Assembly (NCBI GenBank): GCA_016699955.1
Contig: CP064993.1
Location: 990,001-1,022,000 of the forward strand
DNA length: 32,000 nt
Direction: 5' to 3'
Source: Candidatus Saccharimonadota bacterium
GTDB taxonomy: Bacteria > Patescibacteriota > Saccharimonadia > Saccharimonadales > UBA4665
Below are positions 1-7,544 of the stretch, piece by piece. Numbering within the stretch: the first letter of the stretch is position 1; each line of letters starts with the position of its first letter. The notes under the pieces are model-generated. The model ran no database searches, was not told where the DNA came from, and saw only the letters and a program-made list of their open reading frames with translations. The position numbers and the translations under genes were made by a program.

Positions 1-124
1 GGCGAGGCGTGTGCTCAAGTATGACAATGGCATCGGCAACGCTTCGGCCTCGGACAAGCGCAGCAACTGCTGCAACTTTGCGTGGGCTCAGGCGGACGCC
101 TTTTGATTCTGCTTTAACGGCCAT
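1..124 (-). CDS. rplV: 50S ribosomal protein L22, N-terminal part (gene continues past the left edge)
   Basis: Hand translation of the minus strand from ATG at 124 gives MAVKAESKGVRLSPRKVAAVAALVRGRSVADAIVILEHTPR, a typical L22 N-terminus. It starts 3 nt after the rpsS stop, as expected for S10-operon order. Confidence 0.85.
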   Translation of the reverse strand, partial: MAVKAESKGVRLSPRKVAAVAALVRGRSVADAIVILEHTPR

Positions 125-127
125 GGC

Positions 128-400
128 TTATTTCCCCTTCGCTAACTTACCGCCGTGGTTGCGGAACTTACGAGTGGGGCTGAACTCGCCCAGCTTGTGG
201 CCGACCATGTTTTCGGTAACGAAAACCGGTACATGAACTTTGCCGTTGTGCACCGCAAAAGTTTTGCCCACAAAATCTGGCGCAATTGTGCAAGCACGAG
301 CCCATGTTTTGATAATTGTGCGATCCTCGGGGCCAAGCGCAGCGACTTTTTTCGCCAGCTTCGGATCAATAAACGGCCCTTTCTTAAGTGAACGACTCAT
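128..400 (-). CDS. rpsS: 30S ribosomal protein S19
   Basis: The 90-aa [18 protein letters not shown]...[13 protein letters not shown] carries canonical S19 motifs. It sits between rplB and rplV. Confidence 0.96.
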   Translation of the reverse strand: MSRSLKKGPFIDPKLAKKVAALGPEDRTIIKTWARACTIAPDFVGKTFAVHNGKVHVPVFVTENMVGHKLGEFSPTRKFRNHGGKLAKGK

Positions 401-465
401 TAATTAACTCCTCTTGCTGCTATTATTCCGCCTATGGCACCCCATACAATTCCTGTTGCCATCAT
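400..465 (-). CDS. Candidate 21-aa hydrophobic micro-ORF ([21 protein letters not shown]) in the rplB-rpsS spacer
   Basis: Hand translation. ATGATG begins 3 nt after the rplB stop and is preceded by AGAGGAAA. Its TAA overlaps the rpsS ATG (TAATG), and its last codons contain the rpsS SD (AGAGGAG). It is short, so chance cannot be excluded. Confidence 0.25.
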   Translation of the reverse strand: MMATGIVWGAIGGIIAARGVN

Positions 466-467
466 AA

Positions 468-1298
468 TTATTTCCTCTTGGCCGCGTGGCGGCTTCTTAT
501 GATCATGTTACTAGTACTCTTGCGGCGACGGGTCTTTAAACCAAGTGTCTTTTGACCCCATGGAGTGCGAGGGGCTTTAGCCATGCGGTGACGACCACCA
601 TCACCACCACCGTGTGGGTGATCGACTGCATTCATAACAACTCCACGCACACTTGGGCGCTTGCCTAAGTGACGATTGCGACCAGCCTTACCGATTTTGA
701 CGTTTTGGTGCTGTTCATTACCAACAACACCTATAGAGGCTGTGCAGGTCAGTAGGAACCTGCGAACTTCGCCGCTCGGCATACGCACCTGAGCGTATTC
801 GCCTTCCTTGGCCATAAGCATAGCGCTGTTTCCGGCGCTGCGCACAGCTTGAGCGCCGCGGCCAGGCTTGAGTTCAAGTGCATGAATGGTTGTGCCAACT
901 GGGATGTTTGCAAGTGGCAGACGGTTTCCCATTTCAATAGCAGCTTCTTCGTGGCCACTTACTTTTTGGCCTTGTTTCATGCCACTCACCGCAAGCACAT
1001 AATGATAAGAGCCGGCAGCGTCTTTGACGCGGGCAATTCGGGCACTGCGGTTTGGATCGTACTCAATGTGTTCAACTGTTCCTTCGCCTTGGAAATTGTA
1101 GTTCATCACACGGTAGTGCCTACGCGCACCACCACCCTGATGACGGGTGGTAATACGACCTTGGTTGTTTCGACCGCTGCCGCGCTTAACACTTTTGACG
1201 AGCGATCTGACAGGCTTCTTTGTTGTCACGCCAGAAAAATCTTGGCTGGACATACCGCGCCGACCTGGCGTCGTAGGGTTGTATTGCTTAATAGCCAT
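468..1298 (-). CDS. rplB: 50S ribosomal protein L2
   Basis: The 276-aa ORF has MAIKQYNPTTPGRR... and the DHPHGGGDG motif typical of L2. Its ATG overlaps the rplW stop (TAATG). Confidence 0.97.
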   Translation of the reverse strand: MAIKQYNPTTPGRRGMSSQDFSGVTTKKPVRSLVKSVKRGSGRNNQGRITTRHQGGGARRHYRVMNYNFQGEGTVEHIEYDPNRSARIARVKDAAGSYHYVLAVSGMKQGQKVSGHEEAAIEMGNRLPLANIPVGTTIHALELKPGRGAQAVRSAGNSAMLMAKEGEYAQVRMPSGEVRRFLLTCTASIGVVGNEQHQNVKIGKAGRNRHLGKRPSVRGVVMNAVDHPHGGGDGGRHRMAKAPRTPWGQKTLGLKTRRRKSTSNMIIRSRHAAKRK

Positions 1299-1717
1299 TA
1301 TTTAGCCTCCTTTTTGCCAACAAGTTTCTTGAGGCCTTTAACCTTCGGCTTGTCACTTGTTTTAGATTCGGTTTTCTTGGCTTTTTCGGCGGCTTTTGCC
1401 TCTTTGGCAATTTCTTCTTCGGCAGCTGCAAAGAACGGTAGATGGCTGCCAGCGGCTAGGGTCACATAGGCCTTCCGGAGGTCGGCTTGAACGCCCTTGC
1501 GGTTACTACTACGCTTACCAGTTGTGTTCATAACGCGCTTTACTTTGCCTGGTCGATTCACAACACGCACTCGTTTTACGCTGACGTTAAACTGCTTCTC
1601 TACAGCATCGGCAATTTCGTGTTTGTTGAGACCACTTGGGACATCGACTGCAAATGTATTAGTCAACTGGCTTAGCCCAAAAGCTTTTTCGCTTAAGCGA
1701 GGTTTTACAAAATGCAT
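1298..1717 (-). CDS. rplW: 50S ribosomal protein L23 with a Lys/Ala/Glu-rich C-terminal extension of about 43 aa
   Basis: The L23 core (..LRKAYVTLAAG..) is followed by AAAEEEIAKEAKAAEKAKKTESKTSDKPKVKGLKKLVGKKEAK. It sits between rplD and rplB. Confidence 0.9.
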   Translation of the reverse strand: MHFVKPRLSEKAFGLSQLTNTFAVDVPSGLNKHEIADAVEKQFNVSVKRVRVVNRPGKVKRVMNTTGKRSSNRKGVQADLRKAYVTLAAGSHLPFFAAAEEEIAKEAKAAEKAKKTESKTSDKPKVKGLKKLVGKKEAK

Positions 1718-1718
1718 A

Positions 1719-2372
1719 TTATTTTACCTCAGCTTTCTGTACTGGCTTTAGCCAAGTTTCAACCGCTTTTAGGGCGTCATTGGTTATGACAATGTGATCA
1801 GCATTCATAATGTCAAAGACATTCAAATACGTTGCGCTTACCAGCATGACGTTTTGCAGGTTGGCAGTAGCATTGACCAGCTCTGCTGTCTTTGTGTCAA
1901 CAACTACTAAGGCATCACGGGTCACACCAACTTTGGCCAAAAGCTTAGCCATATCGGCAGTCTTGCCTTCTTTGCTCGCCAGCTTTTCCATCACAATAAG
2001 CTTGCCGCTGGTGCTGGCGAGGCTAAGCGCCTGACGCAAAGCTACCCGCTTGCTTGTGGTTGAAATTTTCTTTGTATAATTTTCTTCACCGGTAGGGCCA
2101 AACACAATGCCGCCGCCGCGCCAAATCGGGTTGCGCGAGCTACCGAAACGGGCTCGGCCAGTACCCTTTTGTTTCCATGGCTTTTTACCGCCACCGCGAA
2201 CTAGTCCGCGGGTTTTGACAACGGCAAGGTTTTTTCGGCCGTTAGCAAGGTAAGTTTCGTACGCCTGGCGGAGCAACTGATGATTTTTGACTTCAACGCC
2301 AAAAACTTCTTTGCTCAGTTTGGCGGCTGTCGTGGCTTTGCTACCAGCTGATGTAAATGTAGGAGTAGCCAT
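1719..2372 (-). CDS. rplD: 50S ribosomal protein L4
   Basis: The 217-aa ORF contains KTRGLVRGGGKKPWKQKGTGRARFGSSRNPIWRGGG, the canonical L4 loop. Confidence 0.96.
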   Translation of the reverse strand: MATPTFTSAGSKATTAAKLSKEVFGVEVKNHQLLRQAYETYLANGRKNLAVVKTRGLVRGGGKKPWKQKGTGRARFGSSRNPIWRGGGIVFGPTGEENYTKKISTTSKRVALRQALSLASTSGKLIVMEKLASKEGKTADMAKLLAKVGVTRDALVVVDTKTAELVNATANLQNVMLVSATYLNVFDIMNADHIVITNDALKAVETWLKPVQKAEVK

Positions 2373-2374
2373 AA

Positions 2375-2995
2375 TTATTTCTCCTCCCCTTTAACAAAAA
2401 CAATGCCTTTACGTGGGCCGGGGACTGCCCCAACAACACCGATATAGCCTTTTTCGGCATCGACGAGTGCTATTTTAAGGTTGCGGACAGTAACTTGCTC
2501 ATGACCGAGGTGTCCGGCCATTTTTTTACCTGGGAGAATGTGCTGAGGGTACATAGAGCCAATTGATCCAACTCGTCGGTAGCTGCGGCCACCATGAGTC
2601 TTGCGACCGCGGTGGAAATTGTGACGACGAATGGTGCCTGCCCAACCCTTACCTTTGCTGGTACCTGTTACATGGACTGTGTCACCAACTGAAAAGACCT
2701 CGGCGTTGATGATTTCTCCAACTTTGAGGTCTTCGGTTAGTTCTGGGACGCGGAACTCGCGCATAATACGCACGATTTGCTTCGCTCCTTTAAGGTGCCC
2801 GACTTGCGGCTTTGCTATTTTGCTTTCTTTCACTTCCTCGCAGCCGAGCTGAACGGCAGTATAGCCGTCTGTTTCGTCGGTTTTCACCTGCGTAATGACG
2901 CAGGGACTAGCGGAAAGCAAGGTTACAGCAGTCGCAGTACCGTCTTCAGCGATGGTAGTGGTCATGCCAACCTTTCTAGTTATTAGTGCTTTCAT
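2375..2995 (-). CDS. rplC: 50S ribosomal protein L3
   Basis: The 206-aa ORF has MKALITRKVGMT... and GTSKGKGWAGTIRRHNF, both L3 motifs. Confidence 0.96.
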   Translation of the reverse strand: MKALITRKVGMTTTIAEDGTATAVTLLSASPCVITQVKTDETDGYTAVQLGCEEVKESKIAKPQVGHLKGAKQIVRIMREFRVPELTEDLKVGEIINAEVFSVGDTVHVTGTSKGKGWAGTIRRHNFHRGRKTHGGRSYRRVGSIGSMYPQHILPGKKMAGHLGHEQVTVRNLKIALVDAEKGYIGVVGAVPGPRKGIVFVKGEEK

Positions 2996-3194
2996 AGTGT
3001 TTGAGCAGGCTCATTAGAACCCACACTCTCCTTTGTTTATAAGAGTTATTTGATACAAATACTCACTCATTCCGCGCTTTGTGACTTGTACATTGACACA
3101 AAAATTTTGGTGGCCGGTGGTTTCTACTCTGTAGTTATGTACCCTAGTAGACCTACCTTACATCACCATGCGGAAATGTTTGTATGTAAACATC

Positions 3195-3224
3195 AGATTA
3201 CCACAAAACTCAAACACCTGTCAA
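3195..3224 (-). promoter_or_regulatory. Putative sigma70-type promoter for rplC-rplD-rplW-rplB (TTGACA-18 nt-TGgTAATCT, extended -10)
   Basis: The minus strand reads gggTTGACAggtgtttgagttttgTGgTAATCTgatg. It lies about 200 nt upstream of the rplC ATG inside an AT-rich spacer. Confidence 0.35.
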
Positions 3225-3370
3225 CCCGTTGTTTATTTTGCAACCTTCAGTAATTTTTCGCAAAAAACTCTGTCACAACATTTGAATAGTGGTTTCAGTA
3301 CACAGCTAAAGATATGCAGTGTTACTACCATAAAATACCACAGCAGTATTGTCGTATTAATAAATTGTAA

Positions 3371-3679
3371 CTACAGCTTTTGACCCGTAGATCCATCGTT
3401 TAAATTAGGAATTTTAGGAATTCCTAGCTCTTGCCTTATGCGCGGAATGTCGGCCGACGATATCTGAGTGCCCGCATATGGATTTTTTTGCCCACCGTAC
3501 GAACCGTCTCTGAAGGCAGCTACTCCACCCTCGTCAGTTGCAAAACCAAATAAACGTAAGTTTAGCCTAAGATCACTATCAGAAATTTCAGCGCCCCCTG
3601 CTGCAATATGACCCATATATCTTTCCTTTCGAGAAATATCGCTTACTCCGGCGTCAGAACCTTGTTCTATGCTAGCCAT
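3371..3679 (-). CDS. Hypothetical protein (102 aa) inserted between rpsJ and rplC
   Basis: It is the only long ORF in the gap. A strong SD (AAGGAG) sits 7 nt before ATG 3679; the ORF track starts 3 nt earlier at GTG 3682. A promoter-like motif lies immediately upstream. I recognise no family. Confidence 0.55.
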   Translation of the reverse strand: MASIEQGSDAGVSDISRKERYMGHIAAGGAEISDSDLRLNLRLFGFATDEGGVAAFRDGSYGGQKNPYAGTQISSADIPRIRQELGIPKIPNLNDGSTGQKL

Positions 3680-3708
3680 CACAGTACTCCTTTACGAATA
3701 TGGTTAAT

Positions 3709-3737
3709 ATCTTACCGTATTTTGTTACTTTTGTCAA
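3709..3737 (-). promoter_or_regulatory. Putative promoter TTGACA-17 nt-TAAGAT, starting 1 nt after the rpsJ stop and driving the 102-aa ORF
   Basis: The minus strand reads TAAgTTGACAaaagtaacaaaatacggTAAGATattaacc...AAAGGAGtactgtgATG. Confidence 0.45.
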
Positions 3738-3738
3738 C

Positions 3739-4071
3739 TTACATTTTGATTTCGACGTCGCAGCCGGCAGGAAGTGACAGATTCATGAGGCTGTCGATAG
3801 TCTTTGGAGTCGGATCAAACACGTCTATGAGGCGCTTGTGTACGCGCATTTCAAACTGTTCGCGACCTTTTTTGAAAACGTGCGGACTTTTGACTACTGT
3901 AAATGTGCTTTTGCGCGTAGGCAATGGGATTGGCCCAGCCAGACTCGCGCCCGTGCGCAGTGCGGTGTCGACAATTTGTTTGGCCGCTTGGTCGATGATT
4001 TTGTGGTCATAGGCCTTCAAGCGAATACGGATTCGCTGTTTGCCTGCTTGCGTTTGAGTGGCGTCTGCCAT
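3739..4071 (-). CDS. rpsJ: 30S ribosomal protein S10
   Basis: The 110-aa ORF has [22 protein letters not shown]...GPIPLPT...[23 protein letters not shown], canonical for S10. Confidence 0.96.
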   Translation of the reverse strand: MADATQTQAGKQRIRIRLKAYDHKIIDQAAKQIVDTALRTGASLAGPIPLPTRKSTFTVVKSPHVFKKGREQFEMRVHKRLIDVFDPTPKTIDSLMNLSLPAGCDVEIKM

Positions 4072-4092
4072 AGTAAAAACCTCCGTGTTTTT

Positions 4093-4120
4093 TGGTTATT
4101 AGTTCTAGGTTATAGGTTAT
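4093..4120. repeat. Three copies of GGTTAT (ATAACC on the coding strand) just upstream of the rpsJ SD; two are a tandem 7-mer AGGTTAT
   Basis: Read directly: tGGTTATt at 4093-4100, aGGTTAT at 4107-4113 and aGGTTAT at 4114-4120. The SD GGAGG is at about 4080-4084. Confidence 0.6.
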
Positions 4121-4250
4121 AAGGAAAACCCTTGAGCACTACATCCCTTCTGCAAACGGCCGGCTTCACCCGGCTGGGCCTTGTAACACCTTACGAATTC
4201 ACTTGGGAACGCGCATGGCTTTTAGTCAAAGCTACTGGTTTACGGGTACA

Positions 4251-4278
4251 ATTCTACCATACTTTGAACCATTATCAA
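4251..4278 (-). promoter_or_regulatory. Putative rpsJ promoter TTGATA-16 nt-TGgTAGAAT (extended -10)
   Basis: The minus strand reads TAAtctctgggtTTGATAatggttcaaagtaTGgTAGAATtgtaccc, directly after the stop of the upstream 161-aa ORF. It implies a leader of about 170 nt. Confidence 0.45.
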
Positions 4279-4287
4279 ACCCAGAGA

Positions 4288-4773
4288 TTACTCCGCCCAC
4301 TGCCGACGCTCGTCTAACAACCTCTTATAGGCGCCCGAAGCTGCGGTTCCGACAACGATTGCTCCAGCAAATATTCTTGCCCTAGGCGATAAAAAGACAT
4401 TTGTGATTGCACGCTTGCTTTCCGCCATGTCTTCGATATTGAACGGGAGTGAAGGTGGTATTGTGGCTTTAAGGTGTTTACCGCCTACAAAGGCCTCCAT
4501 TGAAGCATGCGATCTCCCGGTCGTGCCGCGTACAACACGGAGTATCCCCACTAAGCCGGCGATTTCTTCTGATTTGTCTACCAAGTCAGTTTCCCACCAT
4601 AATTCAGGTAGATGCTCCCCTGGCTTATGCAAGTAGACTGCGAACTGTCTTTCTTTTCGTTCAGTCGTCCCGTCCACGATACGATGCACAAATACATCCA
4701 ATATTGATCCGTAGGTATGTTGATAACCCCATATTTCGGGTCCGCCTGGATCTTCTCCGACAACTATAGACAT
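4288..4773 (-). CDS. Hypothetical protein (161 aa from ATG 4773; the ORF track uses TTG 4782) with one C-terminal hydrophobic helix (tail-anchor-like)
   Basis: It is the only long ORF here. The C-terminus ...RARIFAGAIVVGTAASGAYKRLLDERRQWAE is TM-like. It lies 40-50 nt downstream of the J-domain gene. I recognise no family and see no clear SD. Confidence 0.5.
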   Translation of the reverse strand: MSIVVGEDPGGPEIWGYQHTYGSILDVFVHRIVDGTTERKERQFAVYLHKPGEHLPELWWETDLVDKSEEIAGLVGILRVVRGTTGRSHASMEAFVGGKHLKATIPPSLPFNIEDMAESKRAITNVFLSPRARIFAGAIVVGTAASGAYKRLLDERRQWAE

Positions 4774-4822
4774 ATGTGGCAACTATACGTCTGCACGGCT
4801 GCGGTGGCTGTAAGAATATTAA

Positions 4823-5248
4823 CTATTTCGTTCCGTTTGGTCTATAAAATTTTAGTACAGAAGCAGCTTTTTTGTGAAGTGGTTGTTTGACCGTTTTAGC
4901 GGAATATTCGGCGAAGATTGCATCTATGAACTCATCCATTTCGTCATCCGTCATGTCTGTCTCAGCGCCGTCATATGCAACATCGCCGCGGTACTGTACC
5001 GTGCTCGTACCGGTTTGGAAACCATGCATGCTATCGTATGATTTCCTTGTGCGTGGATCTCTAAGTGTTTCGTAGGCTTTGTTGAGCAGCTGCATATGCT
5101 CAAGCGAACCGCCAGCGTCGGGGTGCTGCTGTTTGGCATGATGTATATATGCCTGACGTATATCAGCCGGTAGAGCGTCGGTTTCTAGTCCGAGTATCTC
5201 GTAATAGTCGACAAATCTTTTCGGGGGCGGGTTACTCATGCCATACAT
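4823..5248 (-). CDS. Small stand-alone J-domain (DnaJ-like co-chaperone) protein, 141 aa
   Basis: VDYYEILGLETDALPADIRQAYIHHAKQQHPDAGGSLEHMQLLNKAYETLRDPRTRKSYD is a J-domain with the HPD tripeptide. There is no Gly/Phe or zinc-finger region. An alternative start is ATG 5239 (MSNPPP..). Confidence 0.8.
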   Translation of the reverse strand: MYGMSNPPPKRFVDYYEILGLETDALPADIRQAYIHHAKQQHPDAGGSLEHMQLLNKAYETLRDPRTRKSYDSMHGFQTGTSTVQYRGDVAYDGAETDMTDDEMDEFIDAIFAEYSAKTVKQPLHKKAASVLKFYRPNGTK

Positions 5249-5268
5249 AGTATAGCGTTACTTTTGTT

Positions 5269-5298
5269 AAAGAGAAAAAGCGCTCCGGAGTGGAGCGC
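5269..5298 (-). terminator. Rho-independent terminator downstream of tuf
   Basis: The minus strand has GCGCTCC-actcc-GGAGCGC (7-bp GC stem) followed by TTTTTCTCTTT, about 30 nt after the tuf stop. Confidence 0.7.
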
Positions 5299-5327
5299 CC
5301 TTCTATTTTTGGTCATCCCAAGTAAAA

Positions 5328-6512
<1,185 letters not shown>

Positions 6513-6748
6513 GAGTGACGCTTCGCTTTAATGAGACAAACGTATGCTTTTCTCATCGCTCGGGGCGACGAAATATATCCGTCGTCTCCGGCCGCTCTTT
6601 TCCTGAAAAATCAGGTGAGCAAGCGAACCTTTCTTTATATTAAAAATTATTATTAAAAGTTGTTCACGCGGTCCATATTGCTACACCGTTTGCACGTACT
6701 ACAGCAACGCCCTCACGCGAGATACGCTGTTAAGTATAGGGAAATAAC

Positions 6749-7063
6749 TTATATTTGTAAATCCCCTTCGTAACTTTCTGCACTGGGCTTTGGTTGTATA
6801 CTGACAACGACGGTACATGGTGGTGGCTCTGCAGAATAATCTTTGGCATGGTGCCCAGGGCATTTTGTGTTGCAGGCCGTTGCGACTCTTACTAACAAAG
6901 GGACTCCCGTATCTAGTTCAACTAAATCACTTAGTGCGGCTAAAGTGATAATGCAGACATCCAGCCCCCAGCTACGTTGTTCTAGGTCACACATATCTTG
7001 AACACAGCAGTTTCGGTTAACCACCGTTGTGATGCTAGAACCTTCCGCTAGTCTAAATGCCAT
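6749..7063 (-). CDS. Hypothetical Cys-rich protein (104 aa) between fusA and tuf
   Basis: It is the only ORF of 60 aa or more in this gap, and has 7 Cys (NCCVQDMC, ACNTKCPGHH). There is no convincing SD and I recognise no family. Confidence 0.4.
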   Translation of the reverse strand: MAFRLAEGSSITTVVNRNCCVQDMCDLEQRSWGLDVCIITLAALSDLVELDTGVPLLVRVATACNTKCPGHHAKDYSAEPPPCTVVVSIQPKPSAESYEGDLQI

Positions 7064-7109
7064 TACCGATAATCTCTGGAGAAGGTTGCTTCAAGCTGCT
7101 TTATAGTTG

Positions 7110-7526
7110 CTATTCATATTTTAATTTGAGGTCAAGTTTGTCTGCTATCTGAAATATCCACTTCTCCATGCGGTCTTGCTGATGATCGCGCGCTAGGTTC
7201 TCCTGCATAATCTCTTCGATACGTTTCATATGGCCATCGAGTACGCCATAAATATGATCAAGTTTTTTATCGATCTTATCAAAGCGCTGATCGTGTTCTT
7301 CGAGCTTATCTTCTACTCTAAACAAACGTGCGTCCAGATTATCTAGGCGTTTATCGACGCCGTCTAGGCGCTTGTCGACGCCGTCTAGGCGCTTGTCGAC
7401 GCCGTCTAGGCGCTTGTCGACGCCGTCTATGCGCTTGTCGACGCCGTCAAACCTATCAGATACCATCTGAGACAAATCAGCTATAGCTGAAAACACATCG
7501 TCGAGATCGGTTGGCTTGTTTACCAT
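7110..7526 (-). CDS. Hypothetical coiled-coil protein (138 aa) with tandem heptad repeats DGVDKR(L/I)
   Basis: RFDGVDKRIDGVDKRLDGVDKRLDGVDKRLDGVDKRLDNLDARLFRVEDKLEEHDQRFDKIDKKLD has heptad periodicity. It starts 18 nt after the fusA stop. Confidence 0.65.
   Translation of the reverse strand: MVNKPTDLDDVFSAIADLSQMVSDRFDGVDKRIDGVDKRLDGVDKRLDGVDKRLDGVDKRLDNLDARLFRVEDKLEEHDQRFDKIDKKLDHIYGVLDGHMKRIEEIMQENLARDHQQDRMEKWIFQIADKLDLKLKYE
7342..7446. repeat. Five tandem copies of a 21-bp unit (tctaggcgcttgtcgacgccg), in frame inside the 138-aa ORF
   Basis: Read directly. Copies 2-4 (7363-7425) are identical, copy 1 has 2 substitutions and copy 5 has 1. Confidence 0.92.
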
Positions 7527-7544
7527 AGTAAACGTATTCTACAC

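Noticed and set aside
849-1469. 206-aa plus-strand ORF
   Set aside because: It is antisense to rplB and rplW, whose identities are unambiguous. It is a typical shadow ORF with low-complexity translation and no SD.
3050-3383. Two plus-strand ORFs (67 and 71 aa) in the AT-rich rpsJ-rplC spacer
   Set aside because: They overlap each other, lack SDs and have AT-driven low-complexity composition. They oppose the direction of all neighbouring genes. I cannot fully exclude them.
4132-4385. Two plus-strand ORFs (61 and 60 aa) across the rpsJ leader
   Set aside because: One is antisense to the promoter and leader region, and the other overlaps the 161-aa minus-strand ORF. Neither has start-site signals.
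6513-6748. tRNA genes upstream of tuf, as found upstream of tufB in many bacteria
   Set aside because: There is no acceptor/T-arm pairing and no GTTCRAnnC T-loop motif on either strand. Only short, weak hairpins are present.
7342-7446. The tandem 21-bp repeats as a possible CRISPR array or non-coding satellite
   Set aside because: The repeats are contiguous with no spacers. They are in frame and encode a regular heptad inside a 138-aa ORF.
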